The translations under genes and the position numbers were made by a program. From positions 2,784,001 through 2,848,000 of the forward strand of contig CBDBDQ010000005.1 of assembly GCA_965203905.1 (NCBI GenBank): 64,000 nucleotides of DNA. The letters run 5' to 3'. This document shows, piece after piece, positions 9,378 to 17,954 of this stretch. Source of the stretch: Spirochaetia bacterium (GTDB lineage: Bacteria > Spirochaetota > Spirochaetia > SZUA-6 > Bin103). Within the stretch, counting starts at the first letter, position 1; every line of letters begins with the position of its first letter. A model generated the notes under the pieces. That model did no database searches and was not told where the DNA came from. It saw only the letters and a program-made list of their open reading frames with translations.

Positions 9378-10526
9378 ATGAGCGAGTACCAGTATTACGA
9401 ATTCCAGGCAATCGACCGGCCACTGAGCGACGAGGACCGGCGGGCGTTGCGGGGGCTGTCGACGCGGGCGCGGATCACGGCCACGAGCTTCACCAACGAG
9501 TACCAATGGGGAGACTTCAAGGGTAGTCCGGTACGGCTGATGGAGCGCTGGTTCGACCTGCACCTCTATCTCGCCAACTGGGGAACGCGGCGCGTGATGA
9601 TCCGGCTGCCGCAACGGCTGGTCGCACGCTCCCATCTCGACCGCTTCCTGCGCTGCGTCGACCTGGTCCGGGTCCACGAGTCGGGCGACAACCTGATCGT
9701 CGACGTTCACAGTGACGACGACGACACCGACTACTCGGACTACTCCTACGAGGAGGACGATACCGACTGCCTTGCCGCCATCGCCCCGCTACGCGCGGCG
9801 GTGCTGGCGGGCGACTGGAGGCTGTTCTACCTGCTGTGGCTGACGGCGGTGGTGGACGAGCGCTTGGACGATGGCGATGCCGAGCCGCTGCCTGGAATCG
9901 GTCCGCTCACCGGCGCTCTCAAGGCGTTCGCCGATTTCTTCGGAATCGATCCGCATCTGTTGCAAGCGGCCGCCGAGTCGCCGTTGCATGCCAACGGCGA
10001 ACTTTCGGCGGACGAGGTCCGCGCGGTGGTGGCAGCTATTCCCGATACGGAGAAGACGGCACTGCTGTGCCGTCTCGTCTCAGGCGACCCGCATGTCGCA
10101 GCGGAGGTCAGGGGCAAGGTGCGCGCGGCCGCGGCCACCACGGACGACTCGGTTACCGGCCACCGGACGGTCGCCGCGCTGCGCACGCGCGCAGCGGAGA
10201 TTCGCGAGCAGGCCGCGGCTGCCGAGGCGGCACGGATCGAGGCCGAGCGGCAACGCCGCGCGCGAGCGGCCGAGCAGGAGCGCCGAGCACGCCTCACGGT
10301 CCTCAGACAGCGGGGCGCGGCAGTTTGGCGTGAGGTTGAGACGGGGATCGAGAAGCGGAACGCCGGCGGTTACGACCGGGCGCTGAAACTGCTGCTCGAC
10401 CTGCGGGCGCTGGCTCAGGAAGATGGCACGTTGGCGGCGTTCTCTGATCGCGTGCACTCCCTCCGGGACCGGCACTCCCGTAAGCTGCGCTTCATCGAAC
10501 GGCTGCGTCAGCTCGACCAGCAATGA
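9378..10526 (+). CDS. conserved hypothetical protein (MSEYQYYEF-type, helical C-terminus)
   Basis: 382-aa ORF with GGAGAG RBS and high-GC3 codon usage. N-terminus MSEYQYYEFQAIDRPL recalled as a conserved uncharacterised family. Confidence 0.8.
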   Translation: MSEYQYYEFQAIDRPLSDEDRRALRGLSTRARITATSFTNEYQWGDFKGSPVRLMERWFDLHLYLANWGTRRVMIRLPQRLVARSHLDRFLRCVDLVRVHESGDNLIVDVHSDDDDTDYSDYSYEEDDTDCLAAIAPLRAAVLAGDWRLFYLLWLTAVVDERLDDGDAEPLPGIGPLTGALKAFADFFGIDPHLLQAAAESPLHANGELSADEVRAVVAAIPDTEKTALLCRLVSGDPHVAAEVRGKVRAAAATTDDSVTGHRTVAALRTRAAEIREQAAAAEAARIEAERQRRARAAEQERRARLTVLRQRGAAVWREVETGIEKRNAGGYDRALKLLLDLRALAQEDGTLAAFSDRVHSLRDRHSRKLRFIERLRQLDQQ

Positions 10527-10738
10527 CGGACCGTCAGGTGACTCCCAGGAAGCGGGTGGCCGCGGGAACATGCCGCGAAGAGCACGTTCGCCACCGGGTG
10601 ACCGGAATCGATTCCGAGTTCCGCTCGGACGGCCGGCGGGATTTCGACGCGTCCGTAGAGCCGGCGGAGCAGATCGAGTCTATCGACTCTCGCGAGGCCG
10701 GTCAGAGGACCGGTATCGGCCACAACTACCCATGTCAC
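10508..10738 (-). pseudogene. DUF3368/PIN-like toxin, C-terminally truncated
   Basis: VVADTGPL..LARVDRLDLLRRLYGRVEIPPAVRAEL is the N-terminus of this PIN-like family; the ORF ends at 76 aa running into the convergent gene. Confidence 0.7.
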
Positions 10739-10997
10739 CGCGCAGTGCTGAGCTCTCCCGCCAATTCATCGGGTGGATAGTCGACGGCCGGTACCGCAGC
10801 GTCGCCAAGTAACGCAACGAATTTTTCTGCTGTCATGGCGGCAAGTCTCGCGGCCTGAACCAGCGTGAGGTGGCGCTGTTCAAACAGGCGGAGGGCACGG
10901 GTTCGGCGAACACGGAGTTCCAGCAGACGCTCGTCGAACGGCACTGCCAGAGTGGTGAGACGACCCCGCTTCGTGATGAGCGACAGATGCCCATGTT
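10735..10997 (-). pseudogene. UPF0175-family antitoxin, N-terminus lost
   Basis: HLSLITKRG..AVPFDERLLE..ALRLFE..LTLVQAARLAAM..DYPPDEL..EL; 5' end abuts the DAO shadow fragment. Confidence 0.7.
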
Positions 10998-11097
10998 CCG
11001 TTCCCAACCTGTACGTCGCGCTGATGCACAGGGCATCACCCGCCGGCGCGCGCGTCGATATCCTCGATCACTACCGGCCCGAGCGATTCGACCGCGC
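10998..11097 (+). repeat. degenerate copy of the DAO gene 3' end (8945-9086) with an internal deletion
   Basis: CCCAACCTGTACGTCGCGCTGATGCACAG and GCGCGCGTCGA.ATCCT..TACCGGCCCGAG.GATTCGACCGCGC shared with 8945-9086. Confidence 0.9.
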
Positions 11098-11351
11098 CGG
11101 CGGCGCCGGTTTCCAGGCGTCCCGGTAACGGTCACCCGGGAATCAGGAAGTCCAGCCAGTTGTCGCTACTGATTACCGTACCCGTGGCCGAAGCAAAATA
11201 GCGCGAATTGTGCGGGTAGATCCATGCCCTTGGCGGTGTCCGCTATCGCCGCCGTGCACGGACTCTGCCTGTCCCGCGGGAGGAGAGTCACGGCGTGGTC
11301 GTCTGCACCAGGACCGATGCCGCCGGTCCTGCGGACTTTGCCCCGCGTCTG

Positions 11352-12242
11352 TCAGCCCTTGATGCCGGTGGTGACGATGCCCTGGATGAAGCGCTTCTGG
11401 GCGATGAAGAAGATGATGAACGCGGGCAGGGTGACCAGCACGTTGCCGGCCATCACCGTGTGCAACTCCTCGCGCATGTAGCCCTCGGCGTCGCTCCAGA
11501 TGCGGAACAGGCGCAGCACGATGGTGTCCTTCTCGACGTTGTTCAGGTAGATGAACGGCGCGAAGAAGTCGTTCCAGAAGTCCATGAAGCCGAGCACAGC
11601 CACGGTGGCCACGGCCGGCATCATCAGCGGCACGATGATCTGGGCGAAGATGCGGAAGGTGGAGCAGCCGTCGATCTCCGCGGCCTGGTCGAGCTCCTCC
11701 GGTATCGACTTGATGAACTGCCGGAACAGGAAGATCCGGAACGCGCCTCCGCCGAAGAACCAGGGCACGATCAGCGGCTTGTAGGAGTCGATCCAGCGCA
11801 GCCAGTTGAACAGCAGGTACTGCGGGATGATCATGATCGCCGGTGGGATCAGCATGGTCATGATCAGGATGGCGAACCACACGTCGCGGCCCGGGAAGCG
11901 CAGCCTGGCGAACGCGAACCCGGTGATGGAAGCGGACACCAGCGACCCGAACAGCGCCAGCGCCGTGATGAAGATGGTGTTGGCCATCGGCCCCGGAAAC
12001 GGCACCCGGTTCCAGGTGTCGGGGTAGTTCGACCAGGTCACCTTGGAGGGCAGCAGCGACAGGCTGTACGCTTCGAGGAAGCCCGGCTTGAGCGATGTCG
12101 ACACCATCCACAGCAGGGGCAGCAGGGCGACCGCCACCAGGAACAGCAGCAGCAGGTAGACGATCACCCGCCACACCGTCTTGCGGACCCGCAGCCCGAT
12201 CGGCTTGCCGCGCACCGCCGATGCCAGCACCCCCGAACTCAT
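11352..12242 (-). CDS. carbohydrate ABC transporter permease (MalG/UgpE-like)
   Basis: Multiple TM helices, IPEELDQAAEIDG EAA loop, WNDFF.P, QKRFIQG. Confidence 0.93.
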   Translation of the reverse strand: MSSGVLASAVRGKPIGLRVRKTVWRVIVYLLLLFLVAVALLPLLWMVSTSLKPGFLEAYSLSLLPSKVTWSNYPDTWNRVPFPGPMANTIFITALALFGSLVSASITGFAFARLRFPGRDVWFAILIMTMLIPPAIMIIPQYLLFNWLRWIDSYKPLIVPWFFGGGAFRIFLFRQFIKSIPEELDQAAEIDGCSTFRIFAQIIVPLMMPAVATVAVLGFMDFWNDFFAPFIYLNNVEKDTIVLRLFRIWSDAEGYMREELHTVMAGNVLVTLPAFIIFFIAQKRFIQGIVTTGIKG

Positions 12243-12264
12243 CGGACCGACTCCATCGCCATCA

Positions 12265-13149
12265 TCATCCCGACCCCGCGTAGTACACCCAGCGCCGCGA
12301 CCAGCGGAACAGGAACACGGTCAGGCCCAGCGTCAGCAGGAACATGATCAGCGCGATCGCCGCCGCGTAGCCCATCTTCAGGTAGGAAAAGGCGTTGCGG
12401 TACAGGTAGAGGAGCAGGGTGAGGGTGGCGTTGTTGGGACCGCCGTTGGTCATCACCAGCGGCTCGACAAAGAGCTGGGTGGCGTGAATGCAGCCGATCA
12501 CCAGGTTGAACAGCAGCACCGGCGAGATCATCGGCAGGGTAACGGCTATCAGCCGATGGCGCATCTTGGCGCCGTCGATCTCCGCCTGCTCGTACAGCTC
12601 CTGCGGAATCCCCTGCAGACCGGCCAGGAAGATCACCACCAGCGGGCCCACCGACCACACCGACATCACCGTGATGGTGGCGAACGCCAGCGGCTCGGAG
12701 CCGAACCAGTTGGGCGTGGGACCGCCGAAGAAGCGCAGCACCACGTTCACCAGCCCGTACTGCGGATCCATCATCCGGTTCCACAGCAGCGCCAGCGCGT
12801 AGCCGGCCACGATCGAGGGCGTGTAGAACAGGGTGCGCCAGAGCCCCAGCGCCTTCACCTTCTGGTTGAGCAGCAACGCGAGGAAGAACGCCGCGCCGAC
12901 GCGCAGGCTCACCGAGAAGACGATGTAGCGGAGGGTCACCGACAGCGAGGTGGGGAAGTTGGGATCCTCGGTGAACATCTCCACGAAGTGGCGCAGGCCG
13001 ACCCACTTCGGCGGGTTGAAGATGTCGAACTTGAAGAAGCCCAGGACCAGGCCGTATCCGGCCGGGTAGATCACAAACGTCGACAACCCGATGATCCACG
13101 GGAAGATGAAGAGGTAGCCCTCGATTTTCTTCTTGGTCGAGCCTTTCAT
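12265..13149 (-). CDS. carbohydrate ABC transporter permease (MalF/UgpA-like)
   Basis: LAGLQGIPQELYEQAEIDGA EAA loop, MTNGGP, MGYAAA. Confidence 0.93.
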   Translation of the reverse strand: MKGSTKKKIEGYLFIFPWIIGLSTFVIYPAGYGLVLGFFKFDIFNPPKWVGLRHFVEMFTEDPNFPTSLSVTLRYIVFSVSLRVGAAFFLALLLNQKVKALGLWRTLFYTPSIVAGYALALLWNRMMDPQYGLVNVVLRFFGGPTPNWFGSEPLAFATITVMSVWSVGPLVVIFLAGLQGIPQELYEQAEIDGAKMRHRLIAVTLPMISPVLLFNLVIGCIHATQLFVEPLVMTNGGPNNATLTLLLYLYRNAFSYLKMGYAAAIALIMFLLTLGLTVFLFRWSRRWVYYAGSG

Positions 13150-13160
13150 GGAGAGGGGGA

Positions 13161-13194
13161 GGTGCCCGGAATCCGACTCTGGATTCCGGGCACC
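13161..13194 (-). terminator. intercistronic stem-loop after SBP gene (terminator or mRNA stabiliser)
   Basis: Perfect 14-bp stem GGTGCCCGGAATCC / GGATTCCGGGCACC with 6-nt loop between SBP and permease. Confidence 0.65.
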
Positions 13195-13218
13195 AGTCTG
13201 CTTACGCGGTGCCGGGGA

Positions 13219-14562
13219 TCAGTCCCAGCCCTTTGCGATCAGGCGGGCGACCTCCTTGTCGATGTTGGCCGCCGTGTCCTCGGGCGACTGCGTGTTGATG
13301 AGCAGTTTTTCCATTTCCTTGGCGAATGCCTGCTCCACCTCGGCGACGTTGGGAATCTGGCGGTTCCAGTAGCGCGGGTGCTCGATCATGTCGATGATGT
13401 CGACGCGCAACCGGTAGCTGGGGGGAGCGCCGGGGATCTTCAGGTAGGCGTCCGAGAACGCGACCTCCTTGGACAGCGGGGTGTCGCGGCGCATGGTCTC
13501 CATCACGAAGTTGTTGCAGCACATGAACGCCGCCAGCTCGCGCGCCGCCTTGGCGTACTTGGTGCGTGCGTTGACCACCCACGGCGACACGGTCATCTGG
13601 GTGGTGTGCGCGTCGCCCTTGCCGAGGCGCGGAATGGGCGCGATGTCCCACTCGAAGTCCTCCACCAGGATGGTGGTCTCCAGGTACCAGGTGCCGACGA
13701 TGTCCATCGCCGTGAGCCCCTGCTGGAACGCCTCGCCGGCGACCGTGGCACCGACGCGCGGGCGGATGAACTCGTCCTTGTAGATGCCGTCCTGCAGCCA
13801 GCGTAGCGCCGCGGCCGCACCGGAGTCGACCATCTGGCCCTGCCGCCAGTCCGTGCCCGCCAGCCACGGGAGGGTGTCCGCTTCATGGGCGTCGATCGCC
13901 CACTCGGCTCCCCACGACCACAGGAACACCTGGTACCACATCGACCACGTGTGCCAGATGTTGAAACCCCACAGGTCGTTCACGCCGTCGCCGTTCTCGT
14001 CGACGGTGAGTTGCATGGCGGCTTCCTTGACGTCGTCCCAGGTCCAGTCGTCGGTGGGATGCGCGACGCCGTACTTGTCGAACGCCGACTTGTTGTAGAT
14101 CAGCAGGAACACGTTCATGGCGTCCGGCAGGCCGAAGAAGGTGTCGCCGTCACGCGACGAGGAAAGCAGCGACGAATACCACTTGCTGTCGTCCAGCAGG
14201 CCATGCTGGTGCACGGCTTCGGTGACCTCCAGCAGCAGGCCCTTGCGCCACCAGAGCGGCGCGTTGCTGGAGCCCAGCAGGAATACGTCGGGCGCATCGC
14301 CGGCGGCGATCATCGCCTGCACCTTCTGGTTGTAGTCGGCGGTGATGTGGCGGAAGCTGGCGTCCACCCTGCCCTGGCTGAGGCGCGAGAACTCGGCCGC
14401 GTTGGCGGCGTAGAAATCGGCCACCTCCTGACCGCCCCAGGCAGACAGAATCAACGGGACCGGCTCGTCCGCGGACCCTTCGTCGGAGTCGCCGGAGGCG
14501 AACGCGCCGGCGCTCACGAGCAGCAGCACCGAGGCCAGCGCAAGGGGCGTGCGAATCTTCAT
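13219..14562 (-). CDS. sugar ABC transporter substrate-binding protein (family 1)
   Basis: Signal peptide ending AFASG, AAGDAPDVF, YNKSAFDKYGV..P..WTW. Confidence 0.92.
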   Translation of the reverse strand: MKIRTPLALASVLLLVSAGAFASGDSDEGSADEPVPLILSAWGGQEVADFYAANAAEFSRLSQGRVDASFRHITADYNQKVQAMIAAGDAPDVFLLGSSNAPLWWRKGLLLEVTEAVHQHGLLDDSKWYSSLLSSSRDGDTFFGLPDAMNVFLLIYNKSAFDKYGVAHPTDDWTWDDVKEAAMQLTVDENGDGVNDLWGFNIWHTWSMWYQVFLWSWGAEWAIDAHEADTLPWLAGTDWRQGQMVDSGAAAALRWLQDGIYKDEFIRPRVGATVAGEAFQQGLTAMDIVGTWYLETTILVEDFEWDIAPIPRLGKGDAHTTQMTVSPWVVNARTKYAKAARELAAFMCCNNFVMETMRRDTPLSKEVAFSDAYLKIPGAPPSYRLRVDIIDMIEHPRYWNRQIPNVAEVEQAFAKEMEKLLINTQSPEDTAANIDKEVARLIAKGWD

Positions 14563-14764
14563 AGAGATCCTCCCTTGAGAGTGAAATGAGATAGGTGACG
14601 CAGAGCGCGCGTCACCCGACGCAGAATACGCGCCTCAGTCGGACTGTGCAACCGAGGCCGCGGCCTGTGGGGTGCATTCGCGTAGTGTGGTAGCGGTCAG
14701 GCGGCCGGAGTTGGTCGGTGGCTTGAGGGCGCGATGAGGGGAGCAGACTCTCGAAGTCGTCCTA

Positions 14765-14934
14765 TAAGCGGCCATACGCTGTGGGTTGGTGTTGAAACAG
14801 TTGATCTCACCCTGCCGGTCGTAGCACTGTTGCTGGCCGTAGCGGCCACTGCCGTGCAACACCTTCAGCTCCTTGATCACGGCCGCCACGGACCCCTGCC
14901 ACAGCAGGCTGCGCCAGCGTTCATAGCAGAGCAC
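14765..14934 (-). mobile_element. transposase remnant (ISKra4/UPF0236-like)
   Basis: LLWQGSVAAVIKELK...EINCFNTNPQRM resembles the helical region before the catalytic E of ISKra4/ISLre2-type transposases; no intact ORF. Confidence 0.5.
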
Positions 14935-14971
14935 GAACTGCGTGCTGCCCTCCCGTACAACATCGTCGCGA

Positions 14972-15123
14972 CCGGGCGGGTGCTCGATTCAGCTTCCCGG
15001 CGGCTCGATGGCGTGCGACGCGGTCGTGCTGGCGGCAGGTGTGGCCACGACCAGGTTGGCGGCGATGGTGGGCGTGCACCTCCCGCAGCAGGAGAGCCCC
15101 GGCGTGGTCGTCCGCACCGAGCC
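14972..15123 (+). repeat. degenerate internal copy of the DAO gene (8510-8663)
   Basis: Shared CTGGCGGCAGGTGTGGCCACGACCAGGTTGGCGG and GGAGAGCCCCGGCGTGGTCGTCCGCACCGAGCC; translates QLPGGSMACDAVVLAAGVATTRLA. Confidence 0.92.
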
Positions 15124-15253
15124 GATGCCCCTGATCCGGCAACCCGCGCCGGCGCCAGGCAGCTCTCGCGAGCGCCCGTCTGACGGGTGCTGTCATATGC
15201 GGCATGAAGTGTTATCATGATGCAGCACCCCAGACGACCGTAAGCGAAGTACA

Positions 15254-15505
15254 GTGATGGTACGAACCCAGATCCAGTTGCCCGAAGAACTGGCCCGAAG
15301 AGTCCGCGAGGTGGCTGACCACCAGCACACGTCAATGGCAGAGGTGATCAGACGCGCCGTCTCTGTCTTCTTCGAGACATCTCCGCAGGTCGACCGGAAA
15401 GCACGCTATGAGCGGGCAGCCGCTGCTGCAGGAGCGTTCAGCTCCGGGCGCTCGGACCTTTCGCGCTGCCATGATCGCCACTTCGCTGAAGTATCCGAAG
15501 CATGA
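15254..15505 (+). CDS. CopG/RHH VapB-like antitoxin (orphan)
   Basis: MVRTQIQL..., SMAEVIRRAV, FSSGRSDLS..HD motif typical of VapB-type partners; upstream inverted repeat GGGTGCTG..CAGCACCC. Confidence 0.82.
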   Translation: MMVRTQIQLPEELARRVREVADHQHTSMAEVIRRAVSVFFETSPQVDRKARYERAAAAAGAFSSGRSDLSRCHDRHFAEVSEA

Positions 15506-15530
15506 CCTGATTTGTGGATACGTCGGCAGG
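15502..15530 (+). pseudogene. VapC (PIN) toxin stub
   Basis: ATGA overlap with the antitoxin stop reads M-T-stop-F-V-D-T-S-A, the PIN N-terminal motif, then similarity ends. Confidence 0.6.
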
Positions 15531-15644
15531 TAACCAAACAGAGTCAATTTCTTGAACGGATCGGCTACGTATTCACGGGTTCTTCGCCTCGCCGACGACC
15601 GTGAGTATCGCGTGTAGACGATCGCTCGGGGCCCGTACGTCCGC

Positions 15645-17879
15645 CTACCGGGAATGTGGGAATACCCAGATGGGCGATGACCAGGCATGCTTGCCATAAG
15701 GGACGGACATGTTGAAGTACAGGTGCGGCTCTTCCCCTTCGAACTGGACGTGCACGTAGTAGTACGCCGGACCATTCAGGCGCTGGCCATCCTCCCACTG
15801 CAGGCGTGCTTCGTAGCTGTCGGGATGCGTCGTATGCACCACCGTGCCGTTCCTCACCACTTCGATGGTTTCGATCTTTCTGCGACAGCGGACCTCGAAC
15901 TCCAGCACCGGCCTGTCGGAGGTGTGCGTGGTACCACCCATGAACGCATCGAAGATCTTGAACGAGAGATACGGCCGCAGTCCCGAGGTTGCGAAGACCC
16001 GGCGCTTCTGCAGGGCTCCGAACAGACTCTCCCGGGAGTTGGACTCGGCCCAGATTCCAGCCAGGCCGCCGCTCAGACCCGGCACCCGTTCGTGCGCGTC
16101 ACCACCTCCGAAAAAGCCCACTTTGACTCCGCGATCGAGCAGGCCATGGAGCTTCTGCTGGTAATCCTCCTGCACCATCCAGTTGCGCCACCCGGAACAC
16201 AGCTCCATGTTGCACTCTTTGCTGTCGTCGGATATGTCGAAGCCATAGAAGGCATGATCATGAAGCAGAACAGTCTCGTTCTTCAGTTTCTTCAGTAGTT
16301 GGGCCGGACGCATGAGGTTATCACCGTACCAGGTGTAATAGATGCCTCTTTCGCCGGGGAAGAGAACGCAGCGGTGGCTGTCGATGCCGGCCAACGTCCT
16401 TACCTGCCGGTGCCTGGTGTATTCCCATGCCACGAAGGTGGTAAAAACCTCCGGCTCGTAGAAGAAGTTGGCCATGGATTGCAACCGCTCCCAGACATCG
16501 GCCCGGAGCGGCTCGGTAAACCAGGTAAAGTCGTTGTCCGTCAGCGCCATGAAGTCGAGCTGGGCAACGTCCCTGGTAAAGTGGTAGAGCTCGTCGGGTT
16601 CCCCGTCCAGGTCTGCCGATATTCGGCTGTGCACGTGCAGGTCACCGAAGAACAGCTTCAGCTCACCGGTACGCGGGAAGTCTGCGGTCTGTGGCTCGGG
16701 CTTCGGTTCGAATGAGGTGTACGTAATAGCCGGCGGGCGCACCCTTTCTGCTATCGACCCGAGCTCCACCCTGTGCAAGAAATAGTCTATCCGCAAGTCG
16801 CCCTTGCGGGCCTGGGTCTTGGTAGCTACGTAGATACTGTCCTGTGGCGCGGGCGAATTCTCGAACACGAAGTTGCAATGACCATCCAGAACGCAATGCA
16901 GCTCTGGCCGCGCTCTTGCACCATCGTAGTGCCGGCACAAGAGACGCCCGAGGTTCGGGTCCATCTTCTTGGGGTCCTGCTTGGCCTCGACAAACGCCCA
17001 CATGCCGCCACCCTCTTGGGCCGCCAGGTGGGAAAACCGCCGCCTGCCGACGTAGGCCGCCTGCCAGGGATTCATGGCGTAGTCGATATCGATCGCGTCG
17101 ATCTCCTGCCACTGCCGGCCGCCTTGATCGAATCTCGCCACCTTGACGGCGGAGTGATGGTTGAGCGCGCCATTGTCGAGCTTGACGAGTTCCTCGGAGG
17201 TCCGCGACAGGTACCACGTGCCGTCTTCCGCCTGGGCCGTAGCGGACAGTGTTTCCCACGTCTGTTCGTTGTCGAGGTAGATGATCTCGGCGCCGCCCGC
17301 CACCGGCAGGAAGGCGCTGCCAATGCGGTATCCGTCGGGACCGTATTCATCCCAACTCAACAGGAACGCCGAGTCGCATCCCGCCGTTACGCAGGGCCTG
17401 ATCGCAAAGCCGGAGCGCGTCGGCAGTTGCCCTCTGAACTGCCACTTGCCGCCGACCAGCTCCAGCAGACAGATGGAAGCCTTGCCCCGGTCCCAGACTT
17501 CCGCCGCCAGCCAGGCCTGGCCACCGGCGTTCCAGGCACAGGAAAAATCATGGCAGTTGTATTCGTTGCTGAGGATGGCATCGGTGGCTTCACTTTCATC
17601 GGCACCCAGGGTAGCCGCGAGCAGGCGGCCCCTGCGGTCACTCCACTCCACCCAGATCAGTTGGTGCGGATCGGACAACACGATCCTGGGCGACCCGGGC
17701 GTTCCGTAGGCGCACTCCAGCGCGCGGACCTGGCCGCTGCCGCCGGCGCTTGTTTCGATCCAGTTGATGGTATTGGCACGGCCCTCGAAGGCGATCCATG
17801 AAGCCCAAAGGGTGTCGCTGGAGTCGCGCGCAAAGTTGAGGTCCTGTTTGTAGCCGGTGGCTTCTCGGGTCAGGTTCAT
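15645..17879 (-). CDS. hypothetical protein with C-terminal PHP-like metallohydrolase domain (DUF3604/CehA-McbA-like)
   Basis: FFGDLHVHSRIS.D, LTDND, AWEYT, GFFGGGDAH, RRVFATSG; beta-rich N-terminal region. Confidence 0.72.
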   Translation of the reverse strand: MNLTREATGYKQDLNFARDSSDTLWASWIAFEGRANTINWIETSAGGSGQVRALECAYGTPGSPRIVLSDPHQLIWVEWSDRRGRLLAATLGADESEATDAILSNEYNCHDFSCAWNAGGQAWLAAEVWDRGKASICLLELVGGKWQFRGQLPTRSGFAIRPCVTAGCDSAFLLSWDEYGPDGYRIGSAFLPVAGGAEIIYLDNEQTWETLSATAQAEDGTWYLSRTSEELVKLDNGALNHHSAVKVARFDQGGRQWQEIDAIDIDYAMNPWQAAYVGRRRFSHLAAQEGGGMWAFVEAKQDPKKMDPNLGRLLCRHYDGARARPELHCVLDGHCNFVFENSPAPQDSIYVATKTQARKGDLRIDYFLHRVELGSIAERVRPPAITYTSFEPKPEPQTADFPRTGELKLFFGDLHVHSRISADLDGEPDELYHFTRDVAQLDFMALTDNDFTWFTEPLRADVWERLQSMANFFYEPEVFTTFVAWEYTRHRQVRTLAGIDSHRCVLFPGERGIYYTWYGDNLMRPAQLLKKLKNETVLLHDHAFYGFDISDDSKECNMELCSGWRNWMVQEDYQQKLHGLLDRGVKVGFFGGGDAHERVPGLSGGLAGIWAESNSRESLFGALQKRRVFATSGLRPYLSFKIFDAFMGGTTHTSDRPVLEFEVRCRRKIETIEVVRNGTVVHTTHPDSYEARLQWEDGQRLNGPAYYYVHVQFEGEEPHLYFNMSVPYGKHAWSSPIWVFPHSR

Positions 17880-17954
17880 ATTGGTGTTCCTAAGAGAAAG
17901 ATAGGTGTGGGAGGCCGCGTCGGCATCCCACACCAGGCTGACAAATGGAGCGGG

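Noticed and set aside
10998-15123. Diversity-generating retroelement template/variable repeats as explanation for the gene shadows
   Set aside because: Differences are not adenine-specific, they include indels, and no reverse transcriptase is present in the window.
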